Assembly: GCA_040222015.1 (NCBI GenBank) | Contig: JAVJWO010000193.1 | Span: 1 to 64,000 of the forward strand | Direction of reading: 5' to 3' | Origin: Coleofasciculus chthonoplastes F2-STO-03 | GTDB taxonomy: Bacteria > Cyanobacteriota > Cyanobacteriia > Cyanobacteriales > Coleofasciculaceae | Length of the DNA stretch: 64,000 nucleotides | Shown here: positions 1-10,500 of the stretch, in pieces | Numbering within the stretch: position 1 is the stretch's first letter | Layout: each line of letters starts with the position of its first letter | Notes under the pieces: generated by a model | The model's database searches: none | What the model saw: the letters and a program-made list of their open reading frames with translations, nothing else | What the model was told of the DNA's origin: nothing | Translations under genes and position numbers: made by a program

Positions 1-312
1 TACAGATTGGGTTGACGATAACGCGATTAATTTAGTCCGCGCAGGCGGACTTTGTTTGTGTAGCTGCGATTTCCTTTTCAACAGTGGGAGGGCAGGTTTT
101 GTACGAAAGTTATCGGTTCTGTTTTGATAGGTTAGTTCCTAAACCCGCCCCTACAGATTGGGTTGACGATAACGCGATTAATTTAGTCCGCGCAGGCGGA
201 CTTTGTTTGTGTAGCTGCGATTTCCTTTTCAACAGTGGGAGGGCAGGTTTTGTACGAAAGTTATCGGTTATGTTTTGATATGTTAGTTCCTAAACCCGCC
301 CCTACAGATTGG
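1..312. repeat. 151-bp tandem repeat (at least 2 copies; runs off the left edge) built from REP-like palindromic modules
   Basis: TACAGATTGG recurs at 1, 152 and 303, and the units are near-identical. Each contains GGGCAGGTTT...AAACCCGCCCCTAC inverted arms and TAGTCCGCGCAGGCGGACT. Confidence 0.9.
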
Positions 313-1019
313 CGTTTACGGGAAGCTATACCGACACCCGCAAGTGCGATTAAACCCATAATAGACGCAGGTTCAGGGACAGACTGAGAGGAATTGATTT
401 GATCTCCTGTGACCAAAATGTTATCAAACGACAACAACTCTGTGGATGCAGTCGTGTTAAGCTGCACTTTCACTTGTAATGTACTACCATCACCGATCGC
501 TTGATTCACCGTTTGATTCGTGAAAAGTCCAGACTGGGTAATTAAGTCAGCCGCCAGAAACTCAACATCATCCAGTAAATAGGACACAATAAAGTAATCT
601 TTTTCACCAATCGGGCTGTTTTCCTCGTGTTCAAAACTGACATCACTGGCGAAAGCATCCAACGATAACGCCAGGTTCGTAAATCCAGAAATATCGATTT
701 CTGGACTCAGCCACGCTGGAAATAAGGGATTAAGATTACCCCCAGAGGTACATCTTACATTCGGACAACCCGCGTTTGTATCACGAGCGGTGAAGGCTTC
801 AGCCTCGACTCTGAAGTAATCTTTGGAGTCAAAGAGAGCCGCATCATTCAACTCAATTGACCAATCCACGCCAACTACGTCTGTAGCCGCTCCGCCTGTT
901 GCTCCTTTGCCGTTTTGACCAGAGAAGTCTTCCCCATACAAGGTAAGGGCTTGTACATTCTCAGGAACAAAGATTAAACCTAAGACCAAACTTAAACTTG
1001 CCAATACTGTTTTTTTCAT
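261..1019 (-). CDS. PEP-CTERM sorting-domain secreted protein
   Basis: N-terminal signal peptide (MKKTVLASLSLVLGL...VQA) and C-terminal VPEPASIMGLIALAGVGIASRKR motif. Confidence 0.9.
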   Translation of the reverse strand: MKKTVLASLSLVLGLIFVPENVQALTLYGEDFSGQNGKGATGGAATDVVGVDWSIELNDAALFDSKDYFRVEAEAFTARDTNAGCPNVRCTSGGNLNPLFPAWLSPEIDISGFTNLALSLDAFASDVSFEHEENSPIGEKDYFIVSYLLDDVEFLAADLITQSGLFTNQTVNQAIGDGSTLQVKVQLNTTASTELLSFDNILVTGDQINSSQSVPEPASIMGLIALAGVGIASRKRQSVGAGLGTNISKHNR

Positions 1020-1301
1020 AGCCTCTTAAGCATCATACTGATAACTGTACTGTCTTCTATGGTAGAGTGATCACGTTTTGCCAAGCAAGCGGATTAACTT
1101 AACTTTATCAGTTTTTTATATAACCTCAACTAAACTATAATGAAAGTATTACTGGAAATTATGCCCCAAATGTCCGGCTGTAGTTAGTTTGGCGATAATG
1201 TCTAGAATCATTTCCCGGATTTTCTCTTTTATTTAGGGGAGTCTAGATGTTTACACAAACTTTATCAAATGTCGGTTTTTGACGGTTTCCCAATCCCATC
1301 C

Positions 1302-2627
1302 TCAAAAAGACGCCATTCCCAGCATCGCCATAAACGCCCAATAGGAAATCCAGCCGCTGACTAGAACCATCACCGGAACCAATAACGCGGCTGTCTTTTC
1401 TGATAAATTTGCGATCTGTGTGCAACCACTATACAGCGTCAGAATCGTGTAGCAGCTAGTGAATACAGTGATCATCACCATAAGTTGACTCGGCAAATTG
1501 GACGAAATCCCATTAGCGATCGCTAAAATAGTTAATGGCATCAGTGTCGCCCCAGCCAGAAAACTATCCCCCGCCAAACTACCAGGATGACGCCGAATTA
1601 ATCGCGCGATCGCACTCATCAAGACTAGAATGATAAACGGCATCATACCCACGCCAATTAACGGAATCAGGGAAACAGAAACCACATCCCGCCAACCCGT
1701 ATAAATACCCCAGACAAAACAAGCATCAAAAATCGCCGCCAATAGGAATCCTACCACCATAGCACGTTGAGCATCGAGACGGGCAAAACTGGGTAAGAGT
1801 CCCCCCATGGGATTCAGTAAAAAAGACTTGAGAGTTGCCAGGATATCCCCCAGTAATTCTTTGAGATAATGGAGCGGATTTCGTTTCTTCAACCCTCCCC
1901 ATTTTCCTTGGGATTGCTTCAGCGTTTTCAAGGTTTCTTGAACTAACCGATATCCTGTTTTATCTCCTTGTTCACGTAACAATTGTGCCGCTTGGTGAAA
2001 ATCCGCGATCGCGCTTTCAAATTCTTTCAAATCTTTATGGGCTAAACCGCGCTGATAGTAAGCTTTAGCATGAGTAGAATCATACGCGATCGCTTGAGTA
2101 TAGGCATCAATCGCCGCCTGACTATATCCCAGTCGATAACGCGCTCTCCCTTGGTAATAATAAGCTGGGGCAAACTGAGAATTAATCCTTAATGCCTGAT
2201 TACAATCTTGTAGTGTTACCCTCGCATTTCCTAGTTTATAGTACGCGGCACCCCGTTCCACGTAGGCGTCCACAAACTGAGGATTTATGGAAATCGCTTG
2301 ATTACAATCCTTAACCACCCCCTGATACTTTTTAGCCAACGCCTTACTAACCGCCCGCACATAGAAATCTTGAGCCGTCATTGACTCCCTTTTAGGCGGA
2401 TTAGACTGAGGTTGAACCTCTTCGTCATACTGACGCCGCTTTACCTCATCCGACAGCACCTGATACGCCTCACAAATCACCTTAAATCGCTCCGTGGCGT
2501 CTGAATTATCAGGATGCAAATCTGGATGGTATTGACGCACGAGACGGCGATAAGCCTGTTTAATCTCCTCTAGAGTTGCACCGGGAGAAACCGCCAAAAT
2601 TTTATAGTAATTACGAGAATCATGCAT
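1302..2627 (-). CDS. DnaJ-domain + TPR + C-terminal multi-pass membrane protein
   Basis: NYYKILAVS...YHPD J-domain, several TPR repeats (AYYYQGRARYRLG) and a hydrophobic C-terminal third. Confidence 0.88.
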   Translation of the reverse strand: MHDSRNYYKILAVSPGATLEEIKQAYRRLVRQYHPDLHPDNSDATERFKVICEAYQVLSDEVKRRQYDEEVQPQSNPPKRESMTAQDFYVRAVSKALAKKYQGVVKDCNQAISINPQFVDAYVERGAAYYKLGNARVTLQDCNQALRINSQFAPAYYYQGRARYRLGYSQAAIDAYTQAIAYDSTHAKAYYQRGLAHKDLKEFESAIADFHQAAQLLREQGDKTGYRLVQETLKTLKQSQGKWGGLKKRNPLHYLKELLGDILATLKSFLLNPMGGLLPSFARLDAQRAMVVGFLLAAIFDACFVWGIYTGWRDVVSVSLIPLIGVGMMPFIILVLMSAIARLIRRHPGSLAGDSFLAGATLMPLTILAIANGISSNLPSQLMVMITVFTSCYTILTLYSGCTQIANLSEKTAALLVPVMVLVSGWISYWAFMAMLGMASF

Positions 2628-2867
2628 CTGAATTTTGTCGAGACATATCCTGCTACGTCTGTTACTAAACGGAGTATTTAACGAATACTGTAACCACGAC
2701 TATCATTTCCGCTTATTTCCCCAATTCTATAAAAGTTCATTCACATCAGCCAACTTCCTCTGCGCCCTCTGCGTAAACCTCTGCGCCCCTCTGCGTTAAA
2801 AAAACATAATTCCGTAACCAATTTTACTGAAGAAAAGGGCGCAAGCCTTGCGCCCCTACATTTGGGT

Positions 2868-4769
2868 TTAATTTACCACCCCAGAATGACCATTAATTTC
2901 ACCAATCGGTTCAAAGCGTCCCTCTAAATACTTACTGAGAAACTCTTCCGCGATCGCGAAAAAATGCAGCCGATTCTCTGGACGAGCAAATCCATGTCCT
3001 TCATCCGTATAAAGAGCATATTCAACAGGTTTACTTGCCTTTCGCATCGCCTCAACAATTTGTTCACTTTCCGCTTGTTTCACCCGTGGATCATTTGCCC
3101 CTTGACCAATCAGTAACGGCTTCTGAATCCGGTCAATAAAAAACAAAGGCGATCGCGCCTTAAGAAACTCCTCCTCAGTCTCCAAATCACCCAAGCGATG
3201 GGCAAATAAGGCTTTCATCGGTGCCCAGTAGGGAGGTATACTTTGCATTAACGTCACTAAATTACTCGGACCAACAATATCCACCCCAGCGGCAAATACA
3301 TCTGGGGTAAACGCTAATCCGACTAATGTGGCATATCCGCCATACGATCCCCCCATAATTGCCACCTTATTCCGATCACCAATTCCTTGGTCTACAATCC
3401 AATTGACGGCATCAATTAAATCATCATGCATCTTTGCCGCCCATTCACGATTTCCGGCATTTAGGAATGCTTTCCCGTACCCTGTAGAGCCTCGGAAATT
3501 GACTTGCAGCACCGCATAACCTCGGTTTGCCAACCATTGTACCATTGGACTATAGCCCCAAGTATCTCGCGCCCAGGGTCCACCGTGAACCAACAGCACT
3601 GTGGGTAAATTTTTCGCCTCAATCCCAACAGGTGTGGTGAGATAGCCGTGAATAGTTAAACCATCCCGCGCTGGGTAGGAAATGGGTTGCATTGATGCGA
3701 GTTGCAACGTTTCCAATTCCGGTTGATTGCTAAATAACAAGGAGTGGGTTTTAGCCTCACGGTTATACACATAATAATAAACCGGACCATCATCCGTGGC
3801 GTAGCCAACCAACCAGGTATCATCAGCTAACGTGCGATTAGTGATGGCGAATTCACCCTCTCGGATTTGCGCGATCGCCTTAAAATCATCAGCAATGCTG
3901 TCATCGAGAATTTGCCATTCCACTTTATCCTTATAAAAGGACACCGCCTGAATCCGTCGCTGAGTGGGATGAATGACCACACCACCGATATCATACTGTT
4001 CATCAGCCGCCATAACTGTTTCTTGGCGGGAGGTTAAATCTAAAGCAATTAACCGTTGAGCATTGGCATCGTGCGATCCACTAATATACAGAGTTTTGCC
4101 ATCCTGAGAAAAGCTTACCGCCGATCCTTCATCATCGGGTCCCCAATGGCGTAATAATTCAAAGGATTGATCAGGAGTCTCGCGAAATAACAGATCAGAA
4201 CCGCCATCTGGCGTCGCTGCGATCGCGCCCCGAATCTGGAATTGAGCATCAGCCACCCAACTGACGATATTACCGGGGTTATCAGTCTCAAACTCCACTG
4301 CGCCATTATTCAGATTAACCCGATACACATCAAATTTTTGGCGATCGTTGAGATTCATTCCCACCAAGACTTGATCAGGAAAGTCTGGATCAAGGTCAAT
4401 CGGTTGGGCTTTCACGCCTTGGAAGGGGGTTAAATCGCGCACTAACTTGGATTGGACATTCACCAAATAGAGGTGAAAGTTTTCGTCGCCGTCTGAGTCT
4501 TGCAGATAAATAAGCTGGTTCGGATTATAAGTCCAGACATAAAGGCGAATCCCCCGCTTTTGATCCACCGTTAGCTGCTGATCATCATCTTTTCCCACGG
4601 TTCGCAACCAGACTTGCAACACATTCTTCTCGTCAGGGGCGACATAAGCCAAATACTTACCATCGGGCGATAGCTGCGGGCGGGTGCGATCGGGGTTTCC
4701 GAATAGAGTTTCGCGGGGAATTAAGGGAGGTAGTGCTTGGGATACTGGAGAAGTCGTTGCCGTTGCCAT
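2868..4769 (-). CDS. S9 family (prolyl oligopeptidase / acylaminoacyl) serine peptidase
   Basis: VHGGPW, GGSYGG nucleophile elbow, NDPRV and DEGHGF catalytic motifs. Confidence 0.93.
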   Translation of the reverse strand: MATATTSPVSQALPPLIPRETLFGNPDRTRPQLSPDGKYLAYVAPDEKNVLQVWLRTVGKDDDQQLTVDQKRGIRLYVWTYNPNQLIYLQDSDGDENFHLYLVNVQSKLVRDLTPFQGVKAQPIDLDPDFPDQVLVGMNLNDRQKFDVYRVNLNNGAVEFETDNPGNIVSWVADAQFQIRGAIAATPDGGSDLLFRETPDQSFELLRHWGPDDEGSAVSFSQDGKTLYISGSHDANAQRLIALDLTSRQETVMAADEQYDIGGVVIHPTQRRIQAVSFYKDKVEWQILDDSIADDFKAIAQIREGEFAITNRTLADDTWLVGYATDDGPVYYYVYNREAKTHSLLFSNQPELETLQLASMQPISYPARDGLTIHGYLTTPVGIEAKNLPTVLLVHGGPWARDTWGYSPMVQWLANRGYAVLQVNFRGSTGYGKAFLNAGNREWAAKMHDDLIDAVNWIVDQGIGDRNKVAIMGGSYGGYATLVGLAFTPDVFAAGVDIVGPSNLVTLMQSIPPYWAPMKALFAHRLGDLETEEEFLKARSPLFFIDRIQKPLLIGQGANDPRVKQAESEQIVEAMRKASKPVEYALYTDEGHGFARPENRLHFFAIAEEFLSKYLEGRFEPIGEINGHSGVVN

Positions 4770-4871
4770 TTTAGTTTACGGGTTCAATTGCTGTGATTGT
4801 CTTAAAGACACTGTAACGAATCTGGCGTGTTAGAAGCTACTCAGCGGGTAAGCCCAATTACAGCCACTCGG

Positions 4872-4960
4872 TAAGCTAAAACGCATTTAAATTGTGTATT
4901 CCCTGTTGCCTGTTGCCTTTCAGGGTTTTAGGTATCCCAGTTTAAATGCCGAACAGCTTA
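4872..4960. mobile_element. Miniature inverted-repeat element, TAAGCT...ACAGCTTA family
   Basis: Ends TAAGCT-AAAACGCATTTAAA and TTTAAATGCCGAACAGCTTA match the copy at 40568-40690. Confidence 0.55.
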
Positions 4961-5218
4961 TTCAGAGTGACAATCAATCTAAAAACTTTGATAAATAAAG
5001 CTTTACCCGCTATTGTCTCCCTCCAAATGAGCGCTTATTGACAAAAAACGGTCTGAATTGCCTTTGCCTTGATCACTGGAGTTTAGACTACGATGGTAAT
5101 AATAGGACACGGCAATGCCGTGTCCCTACCACAGCTTAGGAATAATTGATTGGGTAGGGGCACTTCGAGTATCGTGCCCTGATCTAGTTTCCTCCCAGGT
5201 TCCCAGGCATCATTTATA

Positions 5219-5313
5219 TATAGCGGTTCTCATGCAGGTGAGGTACACCGGAATGTAGGGGCGCAAGGCTTGCGCCCTTATCGATGTACCGCATTAGACT
5301 GGAAATCGCTGTA
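5219..5313. mobile_element. MITE-like element (TATAGCGGTT...ATCGCTGTA) carrying an internal GTAGGGGCGCAAGGCTTGCGCCC REP
   Basis: Imperfect terminal inverted repeats around a REP palindrome; same architecture as 38735-38838 and 62510-62615. Confidence 0.5.
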
Positions 5314-5397
5314 TCATGGGTTAGTCTAAACACCAGTGATCATGAAACCATGATATATTGCCAGGTAACTTCATAAAACTACACAAATTAAAAAACC

Positions 5398-5726
5398 ATG
5401 GCAGTATTAGACTTCAGTGAGCAAGCCTTAACCGGAAATAACTTTAACGGTCAGTTTCCGTTAGTGATGTAAACTCATCCCTGAGTCAACCCCCCACAGA
5501 TTTTCAACTCACATTTCAGGGTGCTGATTTTAGTGATGGAGCGGACACTGATACTATTGGCGCTGATTTAACTGGTATTTCATTGGTTGATGGGATTGCT
5601 ACCAATGCTGATTTTGAAAATGCTCTCCTCGTCAACGCTGACTTAACCAAGGCAAACTTCACGGGTGCTAACTTGACTGGCGCTGACTTGACTGGCGCAA
5701 TTACAGTTGACGCGATTGGATTGTAA
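5398..5726 (+). pseudogene. Frameshifted pentapeptide-repeat protein
   Basis: The ATG at 5398 reads MAVLDFSEQALTGNNFNGQF then stops at 5470-72. A shifted frame from ~5455 reads ...FQGADFSD...GADLTG...NADFENALLVNADLTKANFTGANLTGADLTGA to TAA at 5724-26. Confidence 0.75.
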
Positions 5727-6082
5727 CAAAGCAACATCAAAGTTAAGTACCAGTGAGACAAACTGAGTTTATAAATTTAGTTTGCCTCACTGGTACATTA
5801 GTAATAATAACCCCTAAAAAATACTGAACGAGACGCTACAATGGTTCCTCGTTTCCTTTCCTGACTACACATTTCCTCACCAAGCCCTAAGTGTTTATAG
5901 GGAAGACAGCGCAACGACAAACTTAATTTTCTTTCCGCCGCCTTAAAACTGGATGGGCTAGGCTAATAATGAACAGCGCCATGCTATGCCATGCTTTGTA
6001 GCTAGGTAAAGAAAAGTTAAAAAATTGCCCTTGTCTGGCGTGAGAACAGTTATGGTTCAATTAGTTCTCGAACGGAAATTGA

Positions 6083-7510
6083 GTGGCTCTGGGCATGACA
6101 CTGGATTTGTTGCAATTCTATGAATTACTTGATCCGACCAAACCGTTGGCGGTGGAGAATCCAGAAGAGAAGCAATACTACATTGACTTTTCTCCCGTCA
6201 GAGGCAGCAATATTATTAAGGACTTAAGGGATAAAATTACGTTTTTCTCCCGGGGACAGCCGACGTGTCAGCTATTTACCGGACATATTGGCTGCGGGAA
6301 GTCTACGGAGTTGTTGGGACTCAAAGCCGAATTAGAACAGGCGGGTTACCATCTGGTGTATTTTGAGTCGAGTCAGTATCTGGAAATGGGGGATGTCGAT
6401 GTTACCGATATTCTTCTGGCGATCGCGCGTCGGGTGAGTGAGAGTCTCAATCGGATAGAAATTGCTGAACCGAAGGGGTTGAAAGCGATTCTCCGAGGTG
6501 CAGCGAAGCTGTTGCAAACGGAATTGGAACTGTCAGCTCAAGCTTCGGTTCCCGGTATTGGCAAAATTGAGGCGAACACCGAGGGAGAGTTTTTGGCAGA
6601 TGTGGGAATTCCAGGGATCGGTCAAGTCACGGCGAGTGACAAAGAAGGCGTGTCCCTGGTTGCACTGGGAATCGGTAAGATTACCGCGAAAGCCAAAGAT
6701 AGTCCAGACTTGCGGAATAAGTTACGGGAATATCTAGAACCGCGCACCAAGGGAATTATTGACGCGATTAACCAGGAACTACTGATACCCGCCCAAGACA
6801 GCCTAAAACAACAGGGAAAAAAAGGTCTTGTGGTGATTGTAGATAATTTGGATCGGGTTGAGACAGTGAAAAAACCCTGGGGGCGAACTCAACCGGAATA
6901 CTTGTTTGTGGATCGAGCCGAACAGTTACGCCAACTGAATTGTCACGTTGTTTATACCCTACCTTTAGGCTTAATTTTCTCCAATGACTATGGTAGATTA
7001 ACCGAACGATTTGGGGTTGATCCGAAAGTATTACCTATGGTTCCGGTGCGATCGCGCGATGGTGCTGTCTGTGAGGCTGGGATGGCGCTATTACGACAAA
7101 TGGTGTTGGTGAGAGCGTTTCCAGAGGTTGAACCTCAGCAGCGATTAACCTTAATTTCCGAGATTTTTGACCAACCCGAAACATTAGATCGATTATGCCA
7201 TGTCAGTGGGGGCCATGTGCGGGAATTGCTGAGACTGCTGAATGAGTGGATTGAACAAGAACGACAAATTCCCCTCTCCCGTGAAGGTTTAGAAAATGCG
7301 ATTAGAAGTCGTCGCAATCAGATGAAATTAGCGATTGATGATCGGGAGTGGAACCTGCTGCGTCAAGTGCAACAGCGCAAACAAGTGAGTGGGGATGAGG
7401 GCTACCAATTACTAATCCGTAGTCGCTTTGTCTATGAATATCGAGATCAGCAAGGGTCTTGGTTTGATATTAATCCAATTTTATTGCAAGCACCGGAGTT
7501 TCAGGAATGA
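6083..7510 (+). CDS. P-loop ATPase (AAA/KAP-like), partner of the downstream STAND protein; probable start ATG 6095
   Basis: Walker A GHIGCGKS, Walker B VVIVDNLDR and SGGHVRELL. Stop overlaps the next start (ATGA). Confidence 0.85.
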   Translation: MALGMTLDLLQFYELLDPTKPLAVENPEEKQYYIDFSPVRGSNIIKDLRDKITFFSRGQPTCQLFTGHIGCGKSTELLGLKAELEQAGYHLVYFESSQYLEMGDVDVTDILLAIARRVSESLNRIEIAEPKGLKAILRGAAKLLQTELELSAQASVPGIGKIEANTEGEFLADVGIPGIGQVTASDKEGVSLVALGIGKITAKAKDSPDLRNKLREYLEPRTKGIIDAINQELLIPAQDSLKQQGKKGLVVIVDNLDRVETVKKPWGRTQPEYLFVDRAEQLRQLNCHVVYTLPLGLIFSNDYGRLTERFGVDPKVLPMVPVRSRDGAVCEAGMALLRQMVLVRAFPEVEPQQRLTLISEIFDQPETLDRLCHVSGGHVRELLRLLNEWIEQERQIPLSREGLENAIRSRRNQMKLAIDDREWNLLRQVQQRKQVSGDEGYQLLIRSRFVYEYRDQQGSWFDINPILLQAPEFQE

Positions 7511-10500
7511 GTGAACATGAGGTGAACCAGAATAACGCCAATTCCTTAGCAGCTTTAGTTTGGGCAATTCGAGCCTCTCAAGGCAAATTTTCCCTAATTT
7601 TGGCACGGTGTAACTCTACCACCGTGCGATCGCAGATAGTGCAGCAGTTGCGAGACAATTCCCCGGTTAAGTGGCGGGAAGTGGTTTTAGATCAATCGGT
7701 GAAGCGATTATTTGCCACCCTTAAAGTTCAATTGGGGGATGAACAGCCATCGGCTTTAATGGTATTTGGGTTGGAAGCCTTATTCAATTTGGATTCAGTC
7801 CTCACGGCGGCTAACCAGGTGCGAGAAGAGTTCCGCAAACAGTTCTCGTTTCCGATTGTATGGTGGGTGACTGATGACGTTTTGCGTCAGTTGATGCAGT
7901 TAGCGCCAGATTTGGAAAGTTGGACAAAAACCATTCGTTTTTCCAGTAGTCCAGAACAGTTAATTCAGTTAATTCAGCAAACGGCGAATCAGATTTTTAG
8001 CCAAGTCTTAGAGACAGGTGCAGGTAAATTATTAAGTAATGTGGCGCTAAATTTAGGGAAAGGGTCTCCCCTTCGCGCCGAACTCAAATCCGCTTACCAA
8101 GAACTGCAACATCAGGGAATCACATTAACCCCAGAACTAGAAGCCAATTGGCAATTTATTTTAGGTCGAATAGCCGATGGCGTGTCTGACGAGTCACAGC
8201 AACACTATGAGCAAAGTTTAGCACTGTGGCAGCACTGTTTGTCGGGGAATTCAGATGATCCAGAGTCAGAAAAACAGACCACGGTTTCCCCCGACATCTC
8301 CTCTCGAACTCAATACATTAACCAGCGTCTCGGATGCGTTCTGTACAGTGTAGGAATCGGCTGGCGCACCTATGCAGTTAGACATCGGGCTGAGTATGAA
8401 ATGGCGTGCGATCGCGCTAAGGGGTATTTTCAACAATGTGTGGCAGTATTTGAACAATGTCAACAGCCAGAATTAGTGGCTAAATTTATTAATGCTTTAG
8501 GCGAAATCCTCCAACGGTTAAAACAGTGGGATGAGTTAGCCGCGTTAGCTGAAAAGGCGTTGGAACTGCATCAAACTCATTCTGAACCCTTTAGACTAGC
8601 GCGGGTGTATGGCTTTTTGGCGGAAGTTGCTTTAGCTAAATCGGATTGGAGTGAAGCGCAAACCTTAGCTCAAAACGCTCTCACCTTAGTCCAATCTTAT
8701 CTGGAATCGAGTTCCGATTCCCCCTCTACAGGAGATGTAGACTGGGTGCGTTTTTATGATCAAGGGTGGTATCATTTCGCCTTAGCGAGAGCGCAACGAG
8801 GTTTAGGTCAAAATGCTAAGGCGATAGACCAGCTTGAAACCGCTAGGAAACAAACCCAACCTCACTATGAACCAGAACTGTATATTCAAATTTTACAAGC
8901 ATTACGAGACACTTACTTCCAGGACGGTCAGTATTTAAAGGCTTTTGACATTAAGCAAAAACAGCGGGAAATTGAACAGCGCTATGGCTTTCGAGCCTTC
9001 ATTGGTGCAGGTCGGTTACAACCCAAACAAGAAGCCATCAGTTCAAGTTTGCTACCTGGCGAAACGAAAGAGACAATAATTCAAGAAATAGCCGCCTCTG
9101 GGAGACAACAAGATGTTCAACGTTTAGTGGAACGCCTCGGGCGCATTGATCACAAACTGACGGTTATTTATGGGCAATCTGGGGTAGGCAAAAGCTCAAT
9201 TGTCCAAGCTGGCTTAATTCCTGTGTTACAAGGGGAAGCGATCGGTATTCGCGATGTTCTACCTATTTTGCTGCAAGTCTATACTGATTGGCGTCAGGAA
9301 TTGGGTCAATGTTTTACTGAATCTCTTAAAGCGGTTAGAGCTATTCATTTCACTGAACCGCTAGATACAACAGCCGTGATTGAAGAATTGAAAAAGAATG
9401 GGGAGCGAAATCTGCTAACGGTTTTAATTTTCGATCAGTTTGAAGAGTTTTTCTTTGTCTATAAAGACACTCAGCAACGGTTGCCGTTTTATGAGTTTCT
9501 GCGAGACTGTTTAGATATTCCCTATGTCAAGGTTATCTTATCGCTGCGCGAGGACTATCTCCATTACTTGTTAGAGTTTAACCGACTGACAATGTTGGAG
9601 GTGATCAACAATAATATTCTGGATAAGTTAATCATTTATTACTTGGGCAATTTTTCTCCAGCAGATACTAAGTCAGTAATTCAAAGTTTAACCGCCCAAA
9701 GTCAGTTCTTCTTAGAGGAAGCGCTGATCGATGAATTGGTGAGCGATTTAGCGGGACATTTAGGAGAAGTCCGTCCCATCGAGTTACAGGTTGTGGGAGC
9801 GCAGTTACAAACCGAGAAAATTACCACCCTAGAACAATATCGTGAAAATGGTCCCAAGGAAGCACTGGTCGGACGATTTTTAGAGGAAGTTGTTCAAGAT
9901 TGTGGTTCTGAAAATGAACAAATTGCCAAATTAGTCTTATATTTATTAACCGATGAGAATAATACTCGTCCCCTGAAAACCCGTGCTGATTTAGAATTAG
10001 AGCTTGACGTTAAACTAGAAACCCTGACCCTAGTGTTAGATGTCTTAGTGAAATCAGGATTAGTGTTGAGAGTACCCGCTTCTCCGGCTGACCGCTATCA
10101 ACTGGTTCATGATTATTTAGTTCCATTTGTTCGTCAGCAGCAATCAGCGCGATTAGTCGCTGAATTGGAGAAGGAAAGAGAACAAAGAAAGCTAACTGAA
10201 GCCAAGTTAAATCAAGTTTTAAAACGACAACTTAGAAAAGCCATAATGGCAGGCATGGCAATGACAGTTTTGGCAGCTTTAGCAGGAGTATTCGGGCTGC
10301 AAGCAACAATTAGTAGAACTAATGCTGAACTGAGTGAACTCAGCACATTAGCAGAATCACTATTTGAGCAAAACAAAGAGTTAGATGCGCTTACCAAAGG
10401 ATTAAGGGCAGCCAAAAAACTGGAATCATTTTTTTGGAAAGATTCTGACACAACAATGAAGGTGTTAGCTAAACTGCAACAAATCATTTATGGGATGAGA

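Noticed and set aside
1..312. Possible CRISPR array
   Set aside because: Whole 151-bp units are duplicated with no unique spacers, and no cas genes are present.
2868..4769. S9 peptidase as the RiPP leader protease
   Set aside because: It lies more than 20 kb from YcaO with unrelated genes between; no linkage evidence.
5516..5761. 81-aa minus-strand ORF
   Set aside because: Antisense shadow of the pentapeptide-repeat pseudogene.
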